From UHGV virus genome UHGV-0202899: 39,170 nucleotides of DNA; one strand, 5' to 3'. Below the pieces are notes generated by a model that saw only the letters and a program-made list of their open reading frames with translations, had not been told where the DNA came from and did no database searches. Numbering within the stretch: position 1 is the first letter of the stretch; the number at the start of each line of letters is the position of its first letter. Of the stretch, positions 23,176-32,858 are shown piece by piece. Source of the stretch: a virus. Made by a program: the position numbers and the translations under genes.

Positions 23176-24751
23176 GCCTTATTTAATATATTTACGCAAA
23201 AGCCGCGCCGATATGGATGCTGAAGCCCATGGTGAAGGTGAAACACTTGCCCGGCATGAAAAGGTGTTGCTTGCACTGGCTAAAAAAATGGAACTTAATG
23301 TGACTGCGATATACCGGGAGATTGTATCCGGTGAAACAATTGCATCTCGTCCCAAAATGCAGCAAGTAATCCAGGAGGTTGAGGAAGGGCTGTGGGAAGG
23401 GGTGCTGGTCATGGAAGTAGAACGATTGGCGCGCGGTGATACCAAGGACCAGGGGATTGTGGCCGAAGCCTTTAAATATGGGAATGCGAAGATTATCACA
23501 CCCATGAAGGTGTATGACCCGCAAAACGAATATGACGAAGAATATTTTGAGTTTGGGCTATTCATGAGCCGCCGCGAGTACAAGACCATACGCCGCCGTC
23601 TTGAGCGTGGTCGGTTGGCATCAATCAAGGAGGGGAAATACATTGCCGCTGCAGCACCTTATGGCTATGAACGCGTGAAGATTAAAGGTGATAAGGGATT
23701 CACTCTGAAAATAGTTCCCGAAGAGGCTGAGATTGTCCGTCTGATATTTTCTCTTTACACCAAAGGAGAAATCCAGGAAAATGGCAAATATAAACGTCTT
23801 GGTATGTATCTAATCAGCAAGCGTCTGGATAGCCTTGGCATTCCCCCGCGTGTAAGCCAATACTGGAGCCGCTCTACTATAAAAGATATCCTGATTAATC
23901 CTACCTACATAGGCAAGGTGCGTTGGCAATGGAGGAAGGTTGAAAAGAAAATTGTGGATGGATCCATTGTCAGAAATAGACCCAAGGACCAGAACTGCAT
24001 GAAAATTGATGGTTTGCACGAACCTATTATTGACGAGAATACGTTTAACTTGGCCCAGGATATAATCATGCATCAGAAAAATATTTCTGTAGTCCCCGAA
24101 AAAGTATTGATGAATCCTTTTTCCGGCTTAGTAATATGCGAAAAATGCGGTGCCGCTATGACAAGGGCCGCCAGCAATACAAAGATAAATTATCCTGTGC
24201 TCCGATGTCCCAATCGTTATTGTAACAACGTCTCTGCCCCCATTTATCTGATTGAAAGGCAACTTATATTATCTTTAAAACAATGGATTATGGATTACGA
24301 ATTACCATGGCAGGATAATGCGGAAGAAAATACGGTTCTGGAAGCCACATCAACTTCCATCAAAAAGATAGAGAGTAAGCTTTCCACATTGAATAAACAA
24401 TTATTGTCCACTTATGATTTATTGGAGCAAGGAATCTATACCACGGATGTATTTACCGAAAGGAACCGGCGCATTGCTGATCAGATAGCCGAAGCCAAGA
24501 AATATCTACAGGAATTGCAGATACAATATAACAATCATCTCCTTCAGGAAAAAGCAAGGAGAGATTTCCTTCCGTCTGTTCGTCATATCATCGATGTATA
24601 TGACACATTGGAAGATGCTGAGGCAAAGAATGCTCTACTGAATAATGTGATTGACCATATGACATATTTGAAAACTGAGCGTAATGGAAAGGGTGACCTG
24701 GAGAATATTAATTTTGAACTTACCATATATCCTAAAATTCCATTGACTTAA
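23176..24751 (+). CDS. large serine recombinase / integrase (about 525 aa)
   Basis: The start was reassigned to the ATG after a GGAGG ribosome binding site. The N-terminal resolvase-type catalytic domain reads YLRKSRAD...MEVERLAR. The zinc-ribbon region reads CEKCGAAM...LRCPNRYC and is followed by a coiled coil. Confidence 0.85.
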
Positions 24752-24752
24752 T

Positions 24753-24802
24753 TACCATAAGCCTATATGCGCTTACCTATAACACCATATAGGATAATGG
24801 TA
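24753..24802. other. 50-bp imperfect inverted repeat (17-bp arms TACCATAAGCCTATATG / CATATAGGATAATGGTA around a 16-bp core), 2 nt after the serine recombinase stop. It is a candidate att site.
   Basis: Seen in the sequence. The architecture is typical of serine-integrase att sites. Confidence 0.35.
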
Positions 24803-24822
24803 ATAAAATTACTATTTCAATT

Positions 24823-24852
24823 GATGATGGCAGCATTTCTGCTGCCATCATC
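24823..24852. terminator. perfect 13-bp stem / 4-nt loop hairpin between the convergent recombinase and giant-protein genes, likely a bidirectional terminator
   Basis: The sequence is GATGATGGCAGCA-TTTC-TGCTGCCATCATC. It ends 3 nt after the giant ORF stop. Confidence 0.5.
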
Positions 24853-24855
24853 ACA

Positions 24856-27800
24856 TTAAGCCTTTTTTGCATCCTTAAGCCAATTCCCCCAGTCTTCACT
24901 GTTATATAAGGCTTTTCCATTCACCTTCAAAAATTTCAGCTTGTTCTGTATGGCCTCATAAGCTTTTCTATCCCTTTTCTTATATGCTGCAATCCATTCT
25001 GCCTTATATCTACGGGTTATAGCACTTTTTATGGGGCTAATTGCTTCACTCTCCTTCTTTCCAGCCTGTATCTTATTGTCTACAATGACCTTTGCTATCC
25101 GGTTAAATGTCTCTAACGATTTTGGGGTGCTATCAAATAATTCAATTGCATTTATGACATCGCCATAGGAATACATATTCCACTCTTCCTCACCGTCTTC
25201 TGTCTCCCCGGTTAAAATCTCTCCATAAAGTTCGTCCGGTTCCAAAGCAGCCTCTGCCTCCCAGTCAATATCCTCACCAGTACTAAGCTGTGTCATCCTG
25301 GACTCTATGGCGGAGCCAATTAATTTTCCTGCGTATCCCTCTGCCATTAACTCATCAATCGCAGATTCATAGGTATCCAAATCCATTTCCATCTTAGCCT
25401 GGGCGGCTGCATCAATCCTTGGGTCTACATGGTCCTTCGATATAAGTTCTCCCTTTATGAGGGATTTAATCTTACTGCTGATTGTATCATTGTCAATCTC
25501 GGCTGCATTAAGGTCATCCTTGATTCTCTGCTGCAACTCCATATCGTTGTTCCTATGGGCTTCAATCATCATCCCCACATAAAGGTTCAGGTTCTCCTTG
25601 CTTCCTATGGCATATTTTCGTTTCAGCCAAGCATAATCCGCAGATTCGCTCCCAAGCTCATTGATGACCGTATCCACGATTGCTCTGAAATCTCTTGTTC
25701 CGCTTTTTACAGGGGATCCAATCAGTTTACTGGTGTTTTGTATCACATCTAATACCACTGCCTGCGGGGTCAGCTTGCTTTCTCCTTTAACAAGTTTCCT
25801 CACCCGGTTCAATGCATATCCCAATTCCTGATATGCCGCAATATCTGGCCGGTTTGGAGTATAACCACCAAAGAATACCGCATATGCGTCTTTTGCGTAT
25901 GGAATACTGTTGATTAGATTCATGTTGTCCATGAAGTTTCCCTTTACGGCGGACAGGTATTTTTCAATCCATTTCTTATCCCTGTCATCATCACGCATTG
26001 CATCCTGGATTGCTGCGGCTACTGCTGTTGCTAGGGCAGATGCTGTAAATACCGTTACCGCCTTTGCCATGCGTCCCTTTGCCCCCCGCTTTCCCATGGC
26101 TACATCAGAGGCTGCCCTGTAAAGCATGTTGTAGGTTTTGAGGGGTTCTGCCATGAATGCCGTTAACATCTTATCGGAATCCCGCTCACTCCGCATGATC
26201 TGCGTCCTGTGCAGCACGGAATCCACCACCTGGGTTTTATCAATGATTTCGCTGAACCGTCTTCCTACCTCAGTGTAAAACGCATCTGTCCCTACCTCCA
26301 AATCCGGGTGACTGTCCATGCACTCAAATTCACATGCGCGCCACAGCCGGTTCCATGCAAGTTTATCGCCCTTTTCAGCTAATATCATGGATACATTATT
26401 AATCCTCTGCATCGCGCTGTCTGTCTGGAACATTACATCCTTCATCTGGCGGCTGTTGTCCATCCGGTAGAATCCCCAGTCTTTCCACTGTGTGATTGGT
26501 GCATACCTGCACATGATGTCCCATTGGTCCTTTCTGGTCATTGTAAGTGCTCCCCTACCCAGATACTTCGGGTCCATCTCCATTGTTGCCCTTATATACG
26601 CTGTTGGCTGCTGGAGGGCTACCCTCAGATTCGCTCCGACCGATGCAACCTTCATGTTTTGGGAAATTTTATCCCAGATGTTCCGTTCCGTGTTTAGGCT
26701 GCCGTTGATATCCGCAATCAGCTTATCAATGTATCTATTCCCATCCTTTCCATGGGTGCGCTCAATCTCCTGCTTTATGCTCTTCCCTTCTGCCGCATCC
26801 CGCATATCCATATAGTTGAATACCTTATTAAGGTCTGATAGGGGAACCACATATGCATTGTAGGTGCTCATCTGGTCTACCTGTCTCGAATATACATCAA
26901 ATATATCCTCAATCACGATGGGCTTATTTGCTTTTTCCACGGTACTTTTCGTGAATCCAAGGTCCTTAATGGTCCTCTGCTGGTTCTTTAAGTCTCCCTG
27001 TTTCGTTCGGATATGGTTATCGTATACTGTAATCGGATAATAATTCCCCGCAGTATATTTCAGATACCCATACATCTGCATACTGACTTCATTCCCCCAG
27101 GCAGCGCATTCATCTCCCATGAACTTCTGCATACCGTCCGCCAGTGCTTTCTGTTCCGGTGTCAGGGTACTGGTGATTCTTTCGATATCCTCTGGTGTCA
27201 CTTTCGTTTCCCGATAAGCCTTTTCTGTCTTCGGCAGGATCATCTTTCCATCTTCAATCCGCAGCTTCCCTGTCCTCGGAGCCGGGATGACCCCTCCTGT
27301 ACGCTCATACATATGGTTCCTTGCCTGGTTCCGTTTATTCAGTTCGTACAGCGACATCACCTGGGATATGGTAAGCTCAATTGTCCCTCCTGATGTCTGA
27401 TACCTGGATGTCTTTGCATCCGGTCCGGTCCATTCCCGGATCTGCTTATATGATATGCTGTTTTCCTTCAGTATTCCTTCTATATGGTCCTGGGCTGTTT
27501 TAAGTTTGGTTGTTTTCTTATCCAGCCCCTCACGGAGTGCATCATAGAGGGACTTAAAATCATCCCCCAGCAGGCCGAACATGGTCTGTGGGTCCAGCAT
27601 GTTGTAATTCAGCAGTCTGTCCGCCGGTCCAATCAGGCCCTGGTATTCCGGTCTATTCCTACTGTCCTCCATACCCTTGAATATTCTATCAGCAAGTATG
27701 CTAAGCTGCCCGGAACGTTTGTTGCTCTTTAAGGTATTGGCCTCCGTGATTGCTTTCTTCATGGACAGTACGACTTTCTTCAATTCTTCCATGTGGTAGG

Positions 27801-30800
27801 CATCCAGGTTATCCAGCTTATCAATCCCTTCTGTTTTATTTACCAGCCCTTCTATCCGGACTGCTAAATCCGGGTCAATTTCTATGAAACTCCCATCTTC
27901 CATAATTCCACCGCTGTCTATGATTTTCTTGAACGCATCCTTGGCCTTCCCCCATTCAATCGTTCTTTGTGTTGGGATCCCATTATTGTTCAATTCATTG
28001 GAAGAGAAATCAATATTGGTCAGGAATTGTGCAACCGTGGTCCTCAGTATTTCCGGTACATGCTTGGAATCTGTTGGCTTTAAGAGCCAGTTCTGCATTG
28101 TCTTAGACTCTTTTATGATGACCTTTTTTGCCTCCCTGGTTATCTGGTTTTCACGTGCCTTCTGTATCTGTTCACGGTTTCTGCTTTGCATGGCTGCCAT
28201 CTTCTGGTTTTTTTCATTTCTGAGCGCATCCATTTTTGATTTATAGTAATCCTTCTGCTCCCTCTGCTGGGCCTCTGACAGATTCCTATATGATTTTGCC
28301 AATTCCTGGATCTTATCTATGTTTTCTTTCCGAATCGTTTTCAGCTGCCGTTCATATTTCTGCTTTATGCTGCTCTTATACTCCGACATTTTCTGCGTAT
28401 ACGTCCGCTTTACCCGTTGTACCTCTGCCGCCTTACGGTCCGCAAATGTCGGCTTCTCGCTCCGTACATCAAAATATGACTGTAGTATATCCTGGCCTAC
28501 AATGTAAGCCATCTCGTCCATGTTGGCGTGATACGGATTATTAACTTGTGCATCGGTCTGCTCAAGTGCGGATGCAATTGTCTGTAACTGGTCTGCCGGA
28601 TGGGTTATCGAATCAGGAAGCAGTTCCGGGTGCTGTCCGCTTAATTCCTGATATAGGCTGTCTATGGATATACCTTCACTTCCCAGCTTCATACGTCCAA
28701 AATTACGTTTCCGAAATTCATTGTAGCCGCCAACTGCTGCAAGGTCCGCTTTGTCCTGGTCCGAAATCTTAATCTTGGTATTCTTTATCTGATTCCTCAG
28801 GTCTTTATATTGTTGGGCCAGTTCCATATCGACCTGCTGTGATTTCTTCAGGACGCTTTTGGCAATGTTCGTTGCCGCTTCGGTCACTTCCATCCCGTCC
28901 ACCTGTTCTGCGCTTCTGATGTACTCATACAGTCTATCAAGGTTCTTGTGTAGGGTTTCCTGTTTATAGGTGCTGTTATAGTCCTTCAACAGCTTTCTTG
29001 CTACTCTTCCTACATCCTCTTGCCTTACTGCGCTCTTGGATGTGAGTTCAAACTGTTTTTCCAGCAACTTTTTAGCTTCTTTCAACATCTGGTTTTCATA
29101 TATCATGGCATCCAGACGTCTTTTTGTTACGGACTCATCCACATCTTCTAACTGATATTTTAGGTTATTACCGTCCTGTCCATCCTTGACATTTATCAGC
29201 CTGTCAAATATACTATAGATAGATGGATGATTAGCTTCGCCGGGCAAGCCCCCAGTTTTGGCGGCCCCGGTCTTGAACGAAGCTTCATCCATCTTTGTTG
29301 TGTGGACTTCATGAAGGTACATTCGATTGCTTTCATCTACTTTTACAACACATAATTCGTAATAATCCCCTTTGTAATCACCTGATTCTATGTTTATCTT
29401 TGCACCGATTACCGCCGAATCATAACCTCTTCCCTTCCAGTTTTTTGAATAATTCAATACCTTCCCACTTTTTAATACCTCTGGTACAGACTTGAATGTC
29501 ATGGATTTCAGGCGGCCCAACCCATGGGCTGAATCATCCTTGAATGATCGGTTGTTTATAATGATATCCCCGACTATATCGTTATGGACCAGGTTCCCGA
29601 AGGAATCGAAATATTCCCTTACCTGCTGTCCTAGATTCCTATCCCCTTTCATAAATTCATTCCCTTTAAGGATGATTACTGGTTCCATATCCGCTACTAT
29701 GCCATAATTTTCTTCAATCTTCTGATTGGTTACCTGGTCCGGCTTTTCGAGGACATACTTACTTTTTCCCTCACCTTCTAGTTCCATTCCTGATTTATAC
29801 CGTTCTCCAGCCTCATCAATACCTGCCAGCCATGTTTTTCGGCATTCTTCAAAGTACTCCAGCTTTTCTTCCAAACCCTTTGCCGCTTTCCTGGTGCTTC
29901 CGGTCTGTATGAGTTCCTTAATGGCCCCTATCACGTCTGTAAAGAAATCAATTACCTTCTGGGCCAGGTTCACGTTATCGTGTACCACACTATGTATGAA
30001 ATCCGGATCATTCAGGAACTTCTGTGTTGCATCTGCGGCAATTTCATCCATGGCCTCTGCGCGGCTCAGTTTCTGCCCTTCCTTCTCATACGCCGCTATG
30101 TAGCTGGATACCATATCTTCAATATCCACTCCCTCAGATTCTGTTATAGCCTTTATGCATTTGTCCTGATATATCTGATATGCATCTGATGCATATTCCT
30201 TAATAAAATGTGTCAGCTCATGGGACACTGATCCGTTGAAATCGTTTGAATTTACGGATATGGTGATACGTCCTGTTTCATAGGATGCTACAGCGCCGCC
30301 TGGCATTTCATCCACCAAATCAATCTGCAATCCCGTAAGCTTTCCTATGTGGCTTGCAACCTTCTTCTGCGCATCTGATGCGTTTTCAGAGACAGTTCCC
30401 AGCCCACCTTCCTTTGGCGCTCCCTGTACCATCCCACGCATCTTATATGTTTCCGGATCATATCCGATTTCCGAATTGCGGTCATGTGCACCGGCTTTAA
30501 ATGCTGCCTCGAATTGCTCCGGAGACAGGATGATTGCCGCCTCTGCCCGTCCTGGCCCTTTTGGCTCCATATTATACCGTCCTGCATTATATGCCTGGGC
30601 AAATGCCCGGTAATAGCTGGGCAGATCAGTTTCATTGTCATAAACTGTCTTAAATGCCTGCTGTCCTTCTTTTCCATACACCTCTGCCCAGGCATCCAGT
30701 TCCCCTTCCGTATGCTGCACCTGCGGTCCGGTGAGTTCGTCCACTTTATCGTGGATTTCTGTCTGCGGTTCCGGCCTCGTATAAGGCTCATATTCGGCTT

Positions 30801-32856
30801 TTTCATGCTCAGGCTGGTATTGTTCGGCTTTGTATCCGCTCCCGTCCTGCTGTTCATTCTGTGAGGTTATATCCGTTGTTTCACTGGCATTATTCTCTAA
30901 TACACTTTGCTGAAGCTGCTGTAACCTGAAGTCATATTCTGCCTTGTCCCTATTTGATATATTCTCCCTATTCGCCTGCCTTGCAGCGTACTCCTCTGCC
31001 AGTTCCATAAGATTAACTGCCTCCTGGTAATCTGACTCATTGGCATAGCTTTCTGGTGATATGTCTAATCCTTGCGCATAATCACGATAATCTACATCCA
31101 GGCTCTTTCCATAATCATTCATGGCAACATTGTTCGCGATTGCACCAGGTGCATTCATCACCCCGGCTGTAATTGCTCCCAACGCAAAATCTTCCCATGT
31201 TTGTGGATCCTTCAAGTCCCCGACCAGGTCTAGTTCATCACCATAGATGAAATGCTTCCTCAAGGATTCTGTGAGGTCCTGTGTGGCCTCCTGGGTTCCC
31301 TCTGAGAGCATATCGGCCCCATAGCCTGCCGCGCCCAGGACGGCACGCCTTACAGCTGGATTCTTTGCCAAGGCGTTGGATACTCCCTGTTTAGCCGCCT
31401 GTGCAACCCGGCTGTTTCCAAGGGCTTTCTTTACCACCCCACCGCCCAGATGGCCGATTCCTCCTAAGAGCCAGTTTGTTACCATCTCATCTGCCGCAGT
31501 CAGGGCTGCATTCATCCGCGCCCCTTCTACGGGTCGGCCTTCCATGATGTCCTGGCGGTATGTCTGTCCTGCCGTCTGGGCTGCCATTTCGGTTCCCGCC
31601 GCTGTCAATCCTTTCCCCAGGAATCCTGCAAGCTTTCCTCCCAGCCCTGCTGCATTCCCTGTTGCTCCGGCTCCAAGGCTCGCACCTGCCGTTGCATATG
31701 CCGTCACCACGGATGGTGCCATGTTCCCAAGTGCGCTTGATGCCTTATATGCCAGGTTTTCAAGGCCGGATGTATCATTCAGCAGCATGCTTTGGTAGTA
31801 TTCATGTTCTTTCGTGGTGTAATCCCGCTCTTTTCCTGTAAACGCATCTGGCAATGCCTTCAATCCTTCTATCGCGCTTTTTGCCCCACCCTCGAAGGAT
31901 TGGATTATATCGTTAGGAATCCTCGCAACTCCTGGAAGACTTCTGTTTGCCGCGTATTCCTCTGCTGCCCCTCTATAATTTATTTCATTCTGAAGTGACT
32001 CCAGGTATAGGTCTGCCGTTTCCTTTCCCTTTTTCTCATAGAGATAATAATATCGGTTTCTTTCCTGGTCGTTTAACAAAGCATTCCTTCTAAGCTTATT
32101 ATTCGATGCGTCAAATCCGTTTGTGTATTTGACAACCTCATCATCAGTGAAATGCAGTTTACCAAAAAATCCCCGTGGTGCAAGCGGGTCACCATCCTCC
32201 TTCGCTTTCGCTATCATCGTATCATAATCATGCATCTGCTCAATATCATCATAAGATATCGGCTTCGCGAACGGAGGTAACGTGAAGCCATGCTTTGCCG
32301 CCTCATGGATTTCCTTCTCCCTTTTGTTGCTGGCTTCCTTCGCAGACCTCCCCATCTGTGAAAGCTGTTCGCTGCTGGCTGATTCAAGAAGATTATTTTG
32401 GCTTACGGCATTTCTCGTGCTTCTCGCCTCTGCATATTCCTGTGCAATATCGCTTAAGTTCCCTCTTTCACGTTCCGCCTTTCCCAATAATGATAACTCC
32501 TCGCTGCTGGCAGAATCCATGAATGTGTTTGGACTCATGTCCCCATAAAAACTATTCTGGAACTTTTTGCGCTGGATGTTGGCATATTCATTTGCTGCCT
32601 GCTCACGGTCAGACCTAAGTATATCCGTTTGTTCTGGAGTCCTCTGTGTGGCTGTTTTTAATAATTCCTTTCTCTGTCTGAATACCTCTGCTGGAGACAC
32701 CCCGTAATCTGGCGATGTAGTTCCTTCCTGTTTTAGTGCTTGACCTCTCCTCTCGAATATCCTGGCCGCAACGCTTCTATTTTCTGGCTTTTCCTCTTCT
32801 TTCTTCGCAGACGAGGTGAACATATTATATTTGTCGTAGTTTTTTTTCGTTGCCAT
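24856..32856 (-). CDS. giant multidomain protein (2666 aa) with a zincin-like HExxH motif, a Gly-rich hydrophobic region and long coiled coils. It is a candidate virion-packaged or ejected polyvalent-type protein.
   Basis: The single uninterrupted ORF has an AAGGAG-type context. The SVSHELTHFIKEY motif lies at about nt 30208..30222. Gly/Ala-rich hydrophobic stretches lie at about residues 375-520. A K/E/Q-rich coiled coil lies at about residues 1440-1520. Confidence 0.65.
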   Translation of the reverse strand: MATKKNYDKYNMFTSSAKKEEEKPENRSVAARIFERRGQALKQEGTTSPDYGVSPAEVFRQRKELLKTATQRTPEQTDILRSDREQAANEYANIQRKKFQNSFYGDMSPNTFMDSASSEELSLLGKAERERGNLSDIAQEYAEARSTRNAVSQNNLLESASSEQLSQMGRSAKEASNKREKEIHEAAKHGFTLPPFAKPISYDDIEQMHDYDTMIAKAKEDGDPLAPRGFFGKLHFTDDEVVKYTNGFDASNNKLRRNALLNDQERNRYYYLYEKKGKETADLYLESLQNEINYRGAAEEYAANRSLPGVARIPNDIIQSFEGGAKSAIEGLKALPDAFTGKERDYTTKEHEYYQSMLLNDTSGLENLAYKASSALGNMAPSVVTAYATAGASLGAGATGNAAGLGGKLAGFLGKGLTAAGTEMAAQTAGQTYRQDIMEGRPVEGARMNAALTAADEMVTNWLLGGIGHLGGGVVKKALGNSRVAQAAKQGVSNALAKNPAVRRAVLGAAGYGADMLSEGTQEATQDLTESLRKHFIYGDELDLVGDLKDPQTWEDFALGAITAGVMNAPGAIANNVAMNDYGKSLDVDYRDYAQGLDISPESYANESDYQEAVNLMELAEEYAARQANRENISNRDKAEYDFRLQQLQQSVLENNASETTDITSQNEQQDGSGYKAEQYQPEHEKAEYEPYTRPEPQTEIHDKVDELTGPQVQHTEGELDAWAEVYGKEGQQAFKTVYDNETDLPSYYRAFAQAYNAGRYNMEPKGPGRAEAAIILSPEQFEAAFKAGAHDRNSEIGYDPETYKMRGMVQGAPKEGGLGTVSENASDAQKKVASHIGKLTGLQIDLVDEMPGGAVASYETGRITISVNSNDFNGSVSHELTHFIKEYASDAYQIYQDKCIKAITESEGVDIEDMVSSYIAAYEKEGQKLSRAEAMDEIAADATQKFLNDPDFIHSVVHDNVNLAQKVIDFFTDVIGAIKELIQTGSTRKAAKGLEEKLEYFEECRKTWLAGIDEAGERYKSGMELEGEGKSKYVLEKPDQVTNQKIEENYGIVADMEPVIILKGNEFMKGDRNLGQQVREYFDSFGNLVHNDIVGDIIINNRSFKDDSAHGLGRLKSMTFKSVPEVLKSGKVLNYSKNWKGRGYDSAVIGAKINIESGDYKGDYYELCVVKVDESNRMYLHEVHTTKMDEASFKTGAAKTGGLPGEANHPSIYSIFDRLINVKDGQDGNNLKYQLEDVDESVTKRRLDAMIYENQMLKEAKKLLEKQFELTSKSAVRQEDVGRVARKLLKDYNSTYKQETLHKNLDRLYEYIRSAEQVDGMEVTEAATNIAKSVLKKSQQVDMELAQQYKDLRNQIKNTKIKISDQDKADLAAVGGYNEFRKRNFGRMKLGSEGISIDSLYQELSGQHPELLPDSITHPADQLQTIASALEQTDAQVNNPYHANMDEMAYIVGQDILQSYFDVRSEKPTFADRKAAEVQRVKRTYTQKMSEYKSSIKQKYERQLKTIRKENIDKIQELAKSYRNLSEAQQREQKDYYKSKMDALRNEKNQKMAAMQSRNREQIQKARENQITREAKKVIIKESKTMQNWLLKPTDSKHVPEILRTTVAQFLTNIDFSSNELNNNGIPTQRTIEWGKAKDAFKKIIDSGGIMEDGSFIEIDPDLAVRIEGLVNKTEGIDKLDNLDAYHMEELKKVVLSMKKAITEANTLKSNKRSGQLSILADRIFKGMEDSRNRPEYQGLIGPADRLLNYNMLDPQTMFGLLGDDFKSLYDALREGLDKKTTKLKTAQDHIEGILKENSISYKQIREWTGPDAKTSRYQTSGGTIELTISQVMSLYELNKRNQARNHMYERTGGVIPAPRTGKLRIEDGKMILPKTEKAYRETKVTPEDIERITSTLTPEQKALADGMQKFMGDECAAWGNEVSMQMYGYLKYTAGNYYPITVYDNHIRTKQGDLKNQQRTIKDLGFTKSTVEKANKPIVIEDIFDVYSRQVDQMSTYNAYVVPLSDLNKVFNYMDMRDAAEGKSIKQEIERTHGKDGNRYIDKLIADINGSLNTERNIWDKISQNMKVASVGANLRVALQQPTAYIRATMEMDPKYLGRGALTMTRKDQWDIMCRYAPITQWKDWGFYRMDNSRQMKDVMFQTDSAMQRINNVSMILAEKGDKLAWNRLWRACEFECMDSHPDLEVGTDAFYTEVGRRFSEIIDKTQVVDSVLHRTQIMRSERDSDKMLTAFMAEPLKTYNMLYRAASDVAMGKRGAKGRMAKAVTVFTASALATAVAAAIQDAMRDDDRDKKWIEKYLSAVKGNFMDNMNLINSIPYAKDAYAVFFGGYTPNRPDIAAYQELGYALNRVRKLVKGESKLTPQAVVLDVIQNTSKLIGSPVKSGTRDFRAIVDTVINELGSESADYAWLKRKYAIGSKENLNLYVGMMIEAHRNNDMELQQRIKDDLNAAEIDNDTISSKIKSLIKGELISKDHVDPRIDAAAQAKMEMDLDTYESAIDELMAEGYAGKLIGSAIESRMTQLSTGEDIDWEAEAALEPDELYGEILTGETEDGEEEWNMYSYGDVINAIELFDSTPKSLETFNRIAKVIVDNKIQAGKKESEAISPIKSAITRRYKAEWIAAYKKRDRKAYEAIQNKLKFLKVNGKALYNSEDWGNWLKDAKKA

Positions 32857-32858
32857 GA

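Noticed and set aside
24856-32856. Giant ORF as a tape measure protein
   Set aside because: No tail tube, assembly chaperone with frameshift, Dit or Tal genes are present in the context. The protein has a zincin motif and globular regions rather than uniform helical length-ruler repeats. The gene lies after the fibres, not before them.
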